59,798 bases of DNA, taken from the IMG/VR virus record IMGVR_UViG_2061766007_000580. One strand, written 5' to 3'. Shown here piece by piece: positions 28,982-39,074 of the stretch. A program made the translations under genes and the position numbers. Each line of letters opens with the position of its first letter. Position 1 is the stretch's first letter. Under the pieces are notes generated by a model. That model was not told where the DNA came from and searched no databases. It saw only the letters and a program-made list of their open reading frames with translations. The DNA comes from an uncultured virus (IMG/VR IMGVR_UViG_2061766007_000580) (lineage: Duplodnaviria; Heunggongvirae; Uroviricota; Caudoviricetes).

Positions 28982-29210
28982 AGTGGTGCCAGAAGTGGTG
29001 CCAAAAATCGCACGAAAAAGCGTATCGAAGTGTTCCACCTTGGGACACTTTCCGCGATGACCTGGGAAAGTGTGCCTAAGTGAGACAGTTCGGTACACTT
29101 CCAAAAGTCGGTTGCGGGTTCGATTCCTGTCACTGGCTCCAGAATTTGCGCAGGTCAGAGGGCTAATCCTCTGGCCTGTCTCTTTGAGTGGTGCCAAAAT
29201 GGTGCCGGAA
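28982..29210. other. attP: attP with tRNA 3'-end core (~29105-29141) and arm-type repeats
   Basis: GCGGG-TTCGATT-CCTGT-CACTGGC-TCCA; paired (A)GTGGTGCCA repeats at 28982-29005 and 29187-29210; adjacent to the integrase 3' end. Confidence 0.8.
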
Positions 29211-30280
29211 AGCGTCCTCTGAGCCAGATTTGAGCGATTCGGCGTCCGCGTGGACATATGTTTTCGCTGGTGCTATCGACGACCAACCCGCCCACCTCTG
29301 GAGGTCGAAGACGTTCATGTGGCGGGCCATCATCGAGAGGTTCGAGTGCCGTATCTGGTGGAGAGTCATCCCGTCTGCGCCCAGGGACGCCTTGTTCCGC
29401 TCCCACCACTGGTAGAAGTTCTGGGGCGTGAGCATCGTGCCGCGCGTGGAGCACGCGAACGTCTCGGCGTCGGCGAACCCGAGCGACGCTCGCCTGTCCA
29501 CCCACCTTGAAAGCACCTCGTAGAGACCGTCTGGTATCGGGAGGTCGCGCATGCCCGCGCTCGTCTTGGTGTCGCCCGTGCGCCCGCTGCGCTCCTTGAC
29601 GGCGTGGCGCACGTGGACCATCCTGGCTTCCATGTCCACGTCGGATGCGTGGATCCCGCACGCCTCGCCACGGCGCAACCCGAGGTACGCTATGAGGTAC
29701 ACTGCCACGGTGCGACCGTCCAGCTTCAACGCACCAAGCCTGTCCACCAGCTCAGCCAGCTTGTCGGGCGGAAGCCAGTCCTTCTCCTTCGTGTCCACCT
29801 TCGGCGCCCTTATGCCGGAGAGCGGGTCCCGCGCTATGCGGCCATCGTCGCATGCCTGGCGCATGATGGCGTGGAAGGTCACGAATATCTTGTTCATGTA
29901 CGCGCCCGAGAGGGTGCGCCCGCCGCCGTTGCGGATGGCGGNNNNNNNNNNNNNNNNNNNNNNGCGTCAGCTCGTCCAGGCGGAGCTTGCCGAACTCCGC
30001 GTCCAGGACGTTGATGGCGGTCCTGTTCGCCTCGATCGTGCCCACCTCGAAGCTGCCGGACGCCATGCGGTACGCCAGCCACGACTCTGCATAACCTGCG
30101 AACGTGTCGGCGCAGCGCACCACGGACTCTATCTCTGCGCGGAAGGCTGCGAGCGCGGCCTGGGCCTCGCGGTAGCGGCCCTGGAAGCGGCGGGAGNNNN
30201 NNNNNNNNNNNNNNNNNNNNNNNNNNNNNNNNNNNNNNNNNNNNNNCGAGCTTCTCGATGTAGGCCGTGCGCACCTCCAT
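29163..30280 (-). CDS. int: Tyrosine integrase
   Basis: GLRRGE, TKT, HQIRHS, AGWS, TYVH catalytic residues; split in the track by two N-gaps. Confidence 0.92.
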
Positions 30281-30585
30281 CACATCACCCGCATGAGTTC
30301 CAGGACGGCGATGCGCTGAGCGGTGGACAACCCACGGTACAAGGCGAGCAGCTCCTGCTCGTCTTCTGGCTGCTCGTCAATGTCCACGATGCTATATTGT
30401 AGACTTCGAGTTCCGTACAAAGGCTCGAGGATTGACTGCCGCGTCTTTGTGGTCGTGTTGTCCAACCCTCTCTCCAATGCGTGATAAATCGTATTCTTCG
30501 CAATCCCAGTGGCGTTCGCCATCTTCGGGATGCTTCCGTATTTCCGCTCTATCGCGACGCGGACTCTCTCTTCGTATTCACCCAT
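30280..30585 (-). CDS. HTH immunity repressor
   Basis: YGSIPKMANATGIAKNTIYHAL HTH; DEQELLALYRGL; divergent from cro; stop overlaps the int start. Confidence 0.75.
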   Translation of the reverse strand: MGEYEERVRVAIERKYGSIPKMANATGIAKNTIYHALERGLDNTTTKTRQSILEPLYGTRSLQYSIVDIDEQPEDEQELLALYRGLSTAQRIAVLELMRVM

Positions 30586-30605
30586 CACGCTCACCACCTA
30601 AAAAT

Positions 30606-30693
30606 TTACCAAGCAAGGTAATTATTTCACAAATAGGGGTTGCATGAGTACCAGGATTGGTATATCTTGGTATTACGTTACCAACCTTGGTAA
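30606..30693. promoter_or_regulatory. Three operators TACC-N6-GGTA plus a rightward promoter
   Basis: Palindromes at 30606-30621, 30649-30662 and 30678-30693; TTGCAT(30640)-17 bp-TATCTT(30663). Confidence 0.75.
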
Positions 30694-30708
30694 TTCGGAG
30701 GGCAATAA

Positions 30709-30927
30709 ATGAAAGAAAAGAAATACGGCGAGTATATGAATCTCAAGCTCGAACTACGTCGCGAAGGTGTGACTCAAGAACAGGTCGCAGGACACCTTGG
30801 AATGACGCTTTCAAACCTCAGCTACAAGCTCAATGGGCGAGTTCCGTTCACGGTTGCGGAGATTACCAACATCCGCGACACGTTCACACCAGACGCGACA
30901 CTCGACTATCTACTTCAAACCACCTAA
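30709..30927 (+). CDS. Cro-like XRE HTH regulator
   Basis: GVTQEQVAGHLGM..SNLSYKLNG..PFT..EI. Confidence 0.85.
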   Translation: MKEKKYGEYMNLKLELRREGVTQEQVAGHLGMTLSNLSYKLNGRVPFTVAEITNIRDTFTPDATLDYLLQTT

Positions 30928-30934
30928 CGACTTA

Positions 30935-31260
30935 CCACCCAGGCTAACCGTCCCCGCCTTGCTGGGTACCCTGTGCGTCTCTGAGCCTACGCACGGTCGC
31001 AGCTCCACTGCGGCGCAAGGCAGGCCCGAGCCATCGTCAATGCGGCGCTTCTTGACTTCATCACGACCGCGATGGCATGGCAGGCGGGGGCGCTGGGTCC
31101 GCGCAATGGTGTCGGCGGCTGCTCTGGTGTCCATGTCCACAGCTATGTCTCTCTCGCATCAGAGCGGCCACCGACGCGGATTGCGCGTCACGGCACATTG
31201 AAAACCGCATCGACGCACGGGTAGGTCCCCGATGCGCCCCCGCACGACGAGGCGGGATAC
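30935..31260 (+). ncRNA. Putative structured RNA downstream of cro
   Basis: Multiple nested long helices; no convincing ORF. Confidence 0.4.
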
Positions 31261-31294
31261 AGACAAGTTGACTGCCAGCGATGGGAGGTGCGAC

Positions 31295-31495
31295 ATGGAC
31301 GAGCACTGCTGGATGACGATACCGAAGTTCTGCAAGCTGATGGACATAAGCCGCACCACGTTCTACCGCTGGTGCGAGATGGGCGTGATACCACCCGAGG
31401 CCGTCAGCCGCGAGAAGGGCCGATGGCCGAGGGTGGATTACGCGAGGGCGTTCCCAGAGGGGTACGCCGTGATCAAGGAGTTGATGGAGAGGTGA
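31295..31495 (+). CDS. Excisionase-like winged HTH
   Basis: WMTIPKFCKLMDISRTTFYRWCEMGVIP; RBS GGGAGG. Confidence 0.75.
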   Translation: MDEHCWMTIPKFCKLMDISRTTFYRWCEMGVIPPEAVSREKGRWPRVDYARAFPEGYAVIKELMER

Positions 31496-32161
31496 ATTAC
31501 TACGTATACGACGAACGGCGCGGGGTCGTGCAGGACACCCACGCCGCCAGGGACGAAGATTGGCGGGAACTAATCTTCAAGCCGATTCTAGCAAGCGAGG
31601 AGCGCAAAGGCTACGCCGCGATCGTTGGCATCACCATAACAGCACTTGCCGCGCTGTACGTAGGCGCCGTGCTGGTGTGCAGGGCGAGGGGGTGGATGTA
31701 GTGGCAACGGCGATTTACGTGGTCCGCCACGACGGCAACAACGTGGCAGCTTTCCGCGACGTGTACGAAGCGTTCAAGCTAGCCAAGAACCTGGGCCACC
31801 CATACGACTACGACGATCACGTCGACCGCATCCCGTACATCGAGGAGCTTGTCGACTACGGAAGGTTGGACGGTGATGCCGAATGATGCGCGTCACCAAG
31901 GACAACATCGACCTGCTGGTCGCGAACGTCAAGGGCCGCGAGTACCTGGAGCGCGAGATGGGCCTACGAACGGCACTTGGCTCGTCCGAACCCGTGGTGA
32001 GGGTTGACAGCGTGAAGAAGCTGGCGGAGGTCGCGGCGGTGACGGGACGCAGCATGGAGCGCAACACGACCGCGAAGCGAGTCCGGTACGGCAACGTGGT
32101 GTTCCAGGCTTTCGAGGTCGAGCAACCGAAGAGGTACGAGAGGAGGTTGCCATGGGCGTAG
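31492..32161 (+). other. Three small hypothetical ORFs (31492-31701, 31701-31886, 31883-32161)
   Basis: Overlapping start/stop chain. Confidence 0.55.
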
Positions 32162-32782
32162 TCGCATTGATACTGGGCCATTCTGGATCGGGCAAGTCCA
32201 CCAGTCTTCGCAACTTCGAGCCCGAAGAGGTGGCCGTTCTCAACGTGGCGGGCAAGCGAATGCCGTTCCGCAAGCGCCTGCCATCTGTAGAGAACGCTGG
32301 ATACCCGGACATAATCAACGCGCTTGGGCACAATTCGCGGAGGGTGTACGTAATCGACGACGCCAACTACCTAATGCAGTTCGCGAACTTCGCCAAGGCG
32401 CGGGAGAAGGGATACGACAAGTTCGTTGGCTTCGCCCTGGACTTCGAGACGATGCTGCGGCGTGCGGCCATGACCGACGACGACACCGTCGTGTACATAA
32501 TGATGCACCCAGACTACGACGATTCGGGCCGCATGAAACCAAAGACGGTGGGCAAGATGTTGGACAACCAGCTCACCATCGAGGGGCTCGTCCCGATCGT
32601 GCTCGTGGCGTACGGGGACGNNNNNNNNNNNNNNNNNNNNNNNNNCCATGGGTGTTGCGAAATCGCCAGACGGGATGTTCGAGGTCGCGGTGGTCCCGAA
32701 CGACCTCAAGGCGGTGGACACGGCCATCCGCGAGTTCTGGGACATGAAGCCAGCGCTGGTGGAAGGACGTGATGCCAAATGA
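32152..32782 (+). CDS. P-loop NTPase, Sak4/AAA_24-like recombination protein
   Basis: GHSGSGKST, VIDDANY, KTVGKMLD; C-terminus (KSPDGMF..VPNDLKAVD) resumes in another frame after an N-gap; end approximate. Confidence 0.8.
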
Positions 32783-33326
32783 CCACTGCCGAACAGGTCT
32801 ACGAACGCATGGAGCGCGAATGGCTCGAATCGAGGAAGCGCGGCAGGTGCAAAGACTGCGCGATGTGGACGCGTGTAATCGCCGATGACAGCATCGTCGA
32901 ATCGGTGATGTTCACTATCGGATGGTCATGCAGGAAATCGCCAGACGTGGAACGCACGTGGGATTCCGTCCTCGCGCAGATCAGCTCGGAGATTAAGTAC
33001 GCAATCGAATCCCACGGCCACTGCAACGCCTGCGATTTCTTCCCACTGGAGGACACGCCGGCAGATGGATGCGATGACTGGCTTCCGTTGCCGGGGGTGG
33101 TCAGATGACGCTGTGCAGACATAGCAGCAGGGTCTACATCGACGAGTACGACCTCGAAGGCACGTGCAATGCGCTGTCTAAGCGCATAGAACCAGAAGAA
33201 GAGCATGCCGACATCTACAGGGGAGCGCTCATAGCGCTGGGTATTTTATCCAACCATGAATACATCGACACCCAGCGCGAGTTCCTGCTGCACTTCGACG
33301 CAGAGCTGAAAAGGCTGGGACTCTGA
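32779..33326 (+). other. Two hypothetical ORFs (32779-33108, 33105-33326)
   Basis: ATGA-coupled ORFs. Confidence 0.55.
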
Positions 33327-34567
33327 TGCCGAAAGTCGACATGAGCAGGAATTCGTACTACGGCGCGAAGGACTGGTACAGGGACTTTCTGAGCAGCGAG
33401 GAATGGTTCGAGCTGCGGGAGAAGCGCAAGGAAATCGACGGCTACAAATGCCGGTTGTGCGGATGCGGCAAGAACCTCGTCGTCCACCATCTCACGTACG
33501 CGAACGGGGCAGAGCCCGACATGGACGACCTGCTTACCATCTGCAAGGACTGCCATCGGTACATCCACGCGGACGACGAATCCGCATACGAGAGGCGGAA
33601 GAGCATGTTCCCGTTGGCATACTGCGACAAGAGCAATGCCCTCGACTTCGCGCTCTGCGGATACCACATCGAAACCGGGCGTGGAAACTCATGGGACGAA
33701 ATCAAGGTTTCGAGGAACGAGCTTACCGAAATCATCCAGGTGGACCCCGAGTCCATAGGCGTCATCACGACGCAGGAGACGGCATCGGCGGTTTCCTACT
33801 TCAAGATTGACAACGCAATAAGGAAAGAGGGCGAATCGGACAGCCCGTCGATCGATGGCATCGTCAAAAGGTCCGGACTGACGAAACAGAAGGTTCTCAA
33901 GAGAATCAGACGATTGAAAGAGATAGGAGGCATCATGCCAAGAATCGACATGAACGACTACAACAGTGCCGAGGAAAGCCAGGGCGGCGGCTTCAAGCAG
34001 CTTGTGCCTGGAGCATACGTCGTGCGGACCCAGGCGGTCCGCACCGAATGGTACGACAACTGGAACCAGTGCGATAAGAACTCCGAACAGGACAAGATGG
34101 CCTGGTTCGTGTTCGACATCGCCGAAGGCGAGTTCGCAGGCGAGTTCAGCAGGGACTTCTACATGAAGAACGGCAGGCTCGACCCGAACAAGGACTTCCT
34201 GCACCAGGCTGCGTACGCTTGGTACAACGTCGGCAAGCTGAAGCTGTTCAACCGCGTGCTCGCCGAGTCGAACCCGGGCTTCGACCCGATGGCGGCGTTC
34301 AACGCCGACCGCTGGGAGATGTACGTCGGCAAGCTGTTCGGCGTCGTGCTCAACGGAACCGTGAGCACGAACGACAACGGCTACGACCAGTGGCGCCTGC
34401 GCTCAGGTGACATCATCAGCGTCAACGACGTCCGCACGGGCAACCACAAGGAGCCGAAGATCACCGACAAGCGCACGAAGATCGAAGACCAGCAGGACTT
34501 CGGCAACGGCTACACAGCAGATCCGTACGGCAATAGCCAGGGCTCGTTCGACCCGTTCGGCGAGTAA
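33326..34567 (+). CDS. HNH nuclease fused in frame to a DUF669-like ssDNA-binding protein (internal start 33935)
   Basis: CRLCG..VHHLTY..LLTICKDCH; then AGGAGG-N4-ATG MPRIDM..FKQLVPGAYVV; acidic PF C-terminus. Confidence 0.7.
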   Translation: MPKVDMSRNSYYGAKDWYRDFLSSEEWFELREKRKEIDGYKCRLCGCGKNLVVHHLTYANGAEPDMDDLLTICKDCHRYIHADDESAYERRKSMFPLAYCDKSNALDFALCGYHIETGRGNSWDEIKVSRNELTEIIQVDPESIGVITTQETASAVSYFKIDNAIRKEGESDSPSIDGIVKRSGLTKQKVLKRIRRLKEIGGIMPRIDMNDYNSAEESQGGGFKQLVPGAYVVRTQAVRTEWYDNWNQCDKNSEQDKMAWFVFDIAEGEFAGEFSRDFYMKNGRLDPNKDFLHQAAYAWYNVGKLKLFNRVLAESNPGFDPMAAFNADRWEMYVGKLFGVVLNGTVSTNDNGYDQWRLRSGDIISVNDVRTGNHKEPKITDKRTKIEDQQDFGNGYTADPYGNSQGSFDPFGE

Positions 34568-34573
34568 GACGCG

Positions 34574-35139
34574 ATGCGGGGCATGGAAGTGATTCTGTAC
34601 GAGGATTCGCGTCAGCAGGTCCACGACGGTGATAAGCACGCCCTGAAGCACGAATGGTGGGCAGCGCACGGCATCCAGGTGGAGCGCCGGGCGCTGCCAT
34701 ACGGCGACTACATGCGCGACGGGTCGAACGTGACGGTCGACACAAAGCGGTCCGTCGCGGAGATAGCCCAGAACATATGCGGCAAGAACCATGACAGATT
34801 CAGGCGCGAATGCCAACGTGCGTCAGCAGACGGGTACAGGCTCGTCGTGCTCGTGGAGAACGTCCACGGGTACGAGAGCCCCGCCGANNNNNNNNNNNNN
34901 NNNNNNNNNNNNNNTGCCGTTCATGCAGGCTCTACAAGAAGTACGAATGCAACCCAGGAACGACGCCGAAATGCGAGCGGCACGGTACGAAACCGCCTGC
35001 GCAGGGTCCACAAGTAGCGGCAGCTATGGTGACGATGTCGAGGAAGTACGGAGTGATGTTCGAGTTCTGCACGCCTGATGACGCCGGAAAGACTGTCTGC
35101 GAGTTACTAGGAGTTGATTATGACGATAAAGGCGATTGA
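34574..35139 (+). CDS. ERCC4-domain nuclease (putative resolvase)
   Basis: EDSRQQ, LPYGDY, VDTKRS..E, RFRRE; frame broken at an N-gap. Confidence 0.75.
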
Positions 35140-35809
35140 GACCAAGTACAACGGCTATAACTTCCGTTCACGGCTTGAAGCGCGATGGGCGGTGTTCTTC
35201 GACGCCGCTGGCATCAGGTACGAATACGAGGCTGAAGGCTTTGACATGGACGGCGATTATTACCTACCAGATTTCTGGCTGCCAGACATAGATAACGGGA
35301 TATACGCAGAAGTCAAAGGACAATGGAAAGACGGTGATTACAAAAAGATAGAAAAGTTCTGGGAAACAGGAGATCATCCACTCGTCATACTTGGCGGATT
35401 GCCGACAAAAGAAGAACTTGACAATTATGACGTGTATGGCTATGTCGACAAGTACGAACATTGCTTCGAAATCGGAGGTCCTTGCTACTCAGAAGACGAG
35501 GGTAAGAGCGGTTTCTGGGATTGGCCGTATCTCTTTTGCGTCTGCCCAGCGTGCGGCAAGGTCGGCATCGAGTTCGACGGCCGTGGATGGCGAGTGTGCG
35601 GATACAAGCACGTAAACAAATCGCTTGAGACAATGACATACGAAGACGAGAACGGAAACGTTCATCGTTTCAAGTATCCAGAATGTGCTGGCTGGCGAAC
35701 GGATGACAAAGGCTATTCGTGGAACAATAGTAAGCTCAAGAAAGCATACGACAAGGCCCGTCAGGCACGTTTCGAGCATGGCGAGACGCCAGTGGTAGGC
35801 CATGACTAG
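35114..35809 (+). CDS. PD-(D/E)XK nuclease-like protein
   Basis: FRSRLEARWAVFFD, YLPDFWL, YAEVKG. Confidence 0.75.
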   Translation: MIMTIKAIETKYNGYNFRSRLEARWAVFFDAAGIRYEYEAEGFDMDGDYYLPDFWLPDIDNGIYAEVKGQWKDGDYKKIEKFWETGDHPLVILGGLPTKEELDNYDVYGYVDKYEHCFEIGGPCYSEDEGKSGFWDWPYLFCVCPACGKVGIEFDGRGWRVCGYKHVNKSLETMTYEDENGNVHRFKYPECAGWRTDDKGYSWNNSKLKKAYDKARQARFEHGETPVVGHD

Positions 35810-37913
35810 CCCATTCCTGGACGCTGCGCTCCAGTACATCTCGATGGGATTGAAGGTGGTTATCCTCGGCAAGCATGCCAAGAAGACCGTTACCGTCCAT
35901 ACGCCGAACGGCCTATTGGACGCAACACTCGATCCGAATGTCGCCCGCAAATGGTGGACCATTACGCCGAACTGCAACGTCGGCATCGTGTGTGGGGAGA
36001 CATCAACAGAAGGTAGGTACGTAACCGTTATAGACTTCGACGTCGACGATGACGATGATGTCAACTCAATCTCGGATGTGCTCTTCCCATGGGAGCGTGA
36101 GCACGGCGAGCTTCCTGAGACTGTCACCGAGATTACTGGGCGCGGCGGACTGCACTACTTCTACTATACCGACCGTCCGATTCCGAAATGCGAGAACGAG
36201 AACTTGCACGTCGACATACGCGGCGTCGGCTCGTACGCCATGGTCGCACCGAGCATACATCCGAACGGCAACACCGTTCAATGGGAGAACGACCCTGAAG
36301 AATATCCGATAGCGTGGGCCGATGACAACGTATACGCGTTGATAGAGAAGATCCTCTCATGTATAGACGATGACGAAGACGACAACGATGCGCTGTCGAG
36401 AATAGACGCGTCCGAGTTCAAGGAGGGTGGGAGAAACAAGCAGCTTCATCGCATGGCGTGCAGCATGATGAGCCAGTCATGGCCAGACTCGGCGATAAGG
36501 GCGAGCATCGAATCGTACAACAGCGAATCTGACAATCCACTCGATGACGCAGAGGTGGACAAGATTATCAGGTCAGCGCTCAAACTGCCAAAGGGAAAGT
36601 CAGCGAAATTCTACGACGAAGAACTATCCGATGTTACCGGCGTCGAGCAAAAGCTCTCCCCAAAGAGCCATGTGTCTGTAGCGAACGCAGTCATGGAGCG
36701 GTTCAACGCATGCTATCTGGATGGCGTTCCTGCGGTGTACGACGGTCTCATGTACCGCATGGGATGGGACGAGGTCGAAAAGGCGATACTGAAGGTACGC
36801 GGAGATGCGACCGACAAGGCCCGCACCGAGGTCATCAAGTATCTGCGGCTCGTTATGCCGCACGAGAGCTCGAGCCCTCCGAACTACATAGGTTTCGCGA
36901 ACGGCGTGCTCGACATAGACACCATGGAGCTCATGAGCTTCACACCGGACATGAAGATACCGAACATAATCAACCATGACTGGGTCCCAGATGCCCGGAG
37001 CGACGTCCTCGACAACACGATGCGCAAGATAGCATGCAACGATCCGTTCATAGAGAGCAACCTGTTCGAGTTCATGGGTCTGTGCCTGTACAGGAGCTGC
37101 AAGTACGCGTATTCCGCAGTGCTTCTCGGACGCAAGGGCGAGACGGCGAGCAATGGGAAATCGACGTACATCGACCTGCTTAGAAACATAATCGGTGAAG
37201 ATAACTACTCGGTACTCGACCTCAACGAGCTCGGCCAGAGGTTCCAGGCTGGGAACATGGCGGGAAAGCTCGCAAACCTTGCAGACGACATATCGAGCGA
37301 GTTCGCCAAGGGCAGCAACCTCACGGTGTTCAAGAAGGTCGTGGCCGGAACGGAGATAGGCACCGACGTGAAGAACCGTTCTGGATTCAAATTCGTCCCA
37401 TACTGCACGATGATACTGTCGGCAAACAAGTTCCCGAAGCTCGAGACGCCGGATGATGGAGTGATGCGAAGGCTGTTCCCGATACGGTTCAACGCGCACT
37501 TCACATCCGATGACCCCGATTTCGATCCTGACATCGGCGAGAAACTGAGCAGCGAGGAATGCATACAGGCGGCGATAGTACGTAGCGTCGCTGGACTGAA
37601 ACGCGTGATCGAGAACAAGCGCCCGACGCCAAACGCTGAGAGCGAGAGCATGGCGAGAGAGATAAAGATCGAGAACAGCAGCATCCTTCAATGGGCAGAG
37701 GACGAAGAGATAACGCAGGAGGACTTCACGGACCTGTGGACCACGAAGGGGGCGTACAACGCGTACATCGAATGGTGCCGCGAGAGCGGAATCAGGAACC
37801 CATACGGGAAACCGCAGTTCGGAGTGGAGGTATGCAACCACTTCAAGCTCGAGACGTACCCTACGAGGGACGAGAACAGGCGTGGAATCAGGCGCTACAG
37901 GGCAATCGGCTAA
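35802..37913 (+). CDS. Primase-polymerase / PriCT / SF3 (D5-like) helicase
   Basis: IDFD, TGRGGLHYFY, VAPSIHPNG; GGRN; SNGKST, ANLADD, SAN, RRL. Confidence 0.9.
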   Translation: MTSPFLDAALQYISMGLKVVILGKHAKKTVTVHTPNGLLDATLDPNVARKWWTITPNCNVGIVCGETSTEGRYVTVIDFDVDDDDDVNSISDVLFPWEREHGELPETVTEITGRGGLHYFYYTDRPIPKCENENLHVDIRGVGSYAMVAPSIHPNGNTVQWENDPEEYPIAWADDNVYALIEKILSCIDDDEDDNDALSRIDASEFKEGGRNKQLHRMACSMMSQSWPDSAIRASIESYNSESDNPLDDAEVDKIIRSALKLPKGKSAKFYDEELSDVTGVEQKLSPKSHVSVANAVMERFNACYLDGVPAVYDGLMYRMGWDEVEKAILKVRGDATDKARTEVIKYLRLVMPHESSSPPNYIGFANGVLDIDTMELMSFTPDMKIPNIINHDWVPDARSDVLDNTMRKIACNDPFIESNLFEFMGLCLYRSCKYAYSAVLLGRKGETASNGKSTYIDLLRNIIGEDNYSVLDLNELGQRFQAGNMAGKLANLADDISSEFAKGSNLTVFKKVVAGTEIGTDVKNRSGFKFVPYCTMILSANKFPKLETPDDGVMRRLFPIRFNAHFTSDDPDFDPDIGEKLSSEECIQAAIVRSVAGLKRVIENKRPTPNAESESMAREIKIENSSILQWAEDEEITQEDFTDLWTTKGAYNAYIEWCRESGIRNPYGKPQFGVEVCNHFKLETYPTRDENRRGIRRYRAIG

Positions 37914-37914
37914 C

Positions 37915-38165
37915 CTGGCAACGCATGCAACAGACCGTGGCTACAGCCACAGTACCAGCATGACGTGCATTTCTTAAAACCGCAGGCCGGAGCGTTATCG
38001 CTTGGCAACAGCTGGCAACAGCTGCAACGGCCGAAAAATCATGTGGCAACAGCACAGCTGTTGCTGGCAACAGTACTGCTGTTGCCTATGTTTTGCCTGT
38101 TCACAGGGGGTTGGCAACAGTGCAACAGCGGCGGTGTCATTTTTTTATTAAGGGAAAAAAAGCAG
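37915..38165. repeat. Putative replication origin with GCAACAG iterons and an AT-rich tract
   Basis: At least 7 direct and 2 inverted (G)GCAACAG copies, then ATTTTTTTATTAAGGGAAAAAAAG. Confidence 0.65.
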
Positions 38166-38701
38166 TCCTGCGCGGGGTACGGGTAGACGCGCGCGCGTGG
38201 ATGGAGACAATCATGACGAAACACAGAAACACGAACAACGATATTGGCAACAGATGCCCGTTCACTGGCACTGGCTGCAGCGGCGGGACTGTCTATGANN
38301 NNNNNNNNNNNNNNNNNNNNNNNNNNNTTCAAGGAGGAGCCGGGCGGTTCGTGCGACCTCATTGAGGACGTCAGATCAGACGTGCATCCGAGGGATTGGT
38401 ACAACGCGATGCTCCTGGAGCTCGCGTCATGACCGCCGAATTCGACATCACCAAACACCAGCACGACGAGATAGACGCATGGCTCGCGGCCAACATGGGC
38501 CACCGCCGACACACGGTCAGCTACGCGGTGGACAACGTGCGGCGAATCGCATATCCCGACCTTCCAGACGAGCCGGTGCGAGGCGAGCGCCACAGGGCGC
38601 TGGCAGACCACGTGCGCCGGCGCTGCGCCGCCCTGGGGATCGAGCCGAAACGGCTCNNNNNNNNNNNNNNNNNNNNNNNNNNNNNNNNNNNNNNNNNNNN
38701 N

Positions 38702-39074
38702 ATGCACGGTATGCGGCAGGCTGTTCGTGTCGTGGAAGGGCGCGAAGCGCTGCAAGTTGTGCCGGCTCGGCGCGAAGAGGGCGCCTGGCGACGTGTTCAA
38801 GGAGGCGCTGCCGACGAGGCCGTGCAAGCAGTGCGGCGAGCCGTTCCACCCGCGCAACCGCACGCACCTGTACTGCTCGAAGGAGTGCAGCAGGGCCGCG
38901 AAGCACGACAAGTACGTGGAGCAGAGGTCCAAGCAGCCGCCGAAGCCACCGCCGACCTACGGGTGGGCAGAATGCGGCCTGTGCGGGAGCTGGTTCGAGC
39001 GGAAGGCCCCGAACTCGTGCTACTGCGGCCCATCGTGCCGCAAGGAGGCCAAGCGGCTGTGGAGGAAGCACTGA
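38702..39074 (+). CDS. Multi-Zn-finger protein (5' end in an N-gap)
   Basis: Repeated CxxCG..F...YC...C units. Confidence 0.55.

Noticed and set aside
29085..29141. Possible complete tRNA gene
   Set aside because: Only the T-arm and acceptor 3' strand are present, with no matching 5' half; better explained as the attP core.
29163..30585. Integration-dependent immunity (attP inside the repressor gene)
   Set aside because: attP lies downstream of int, not within the repressor.
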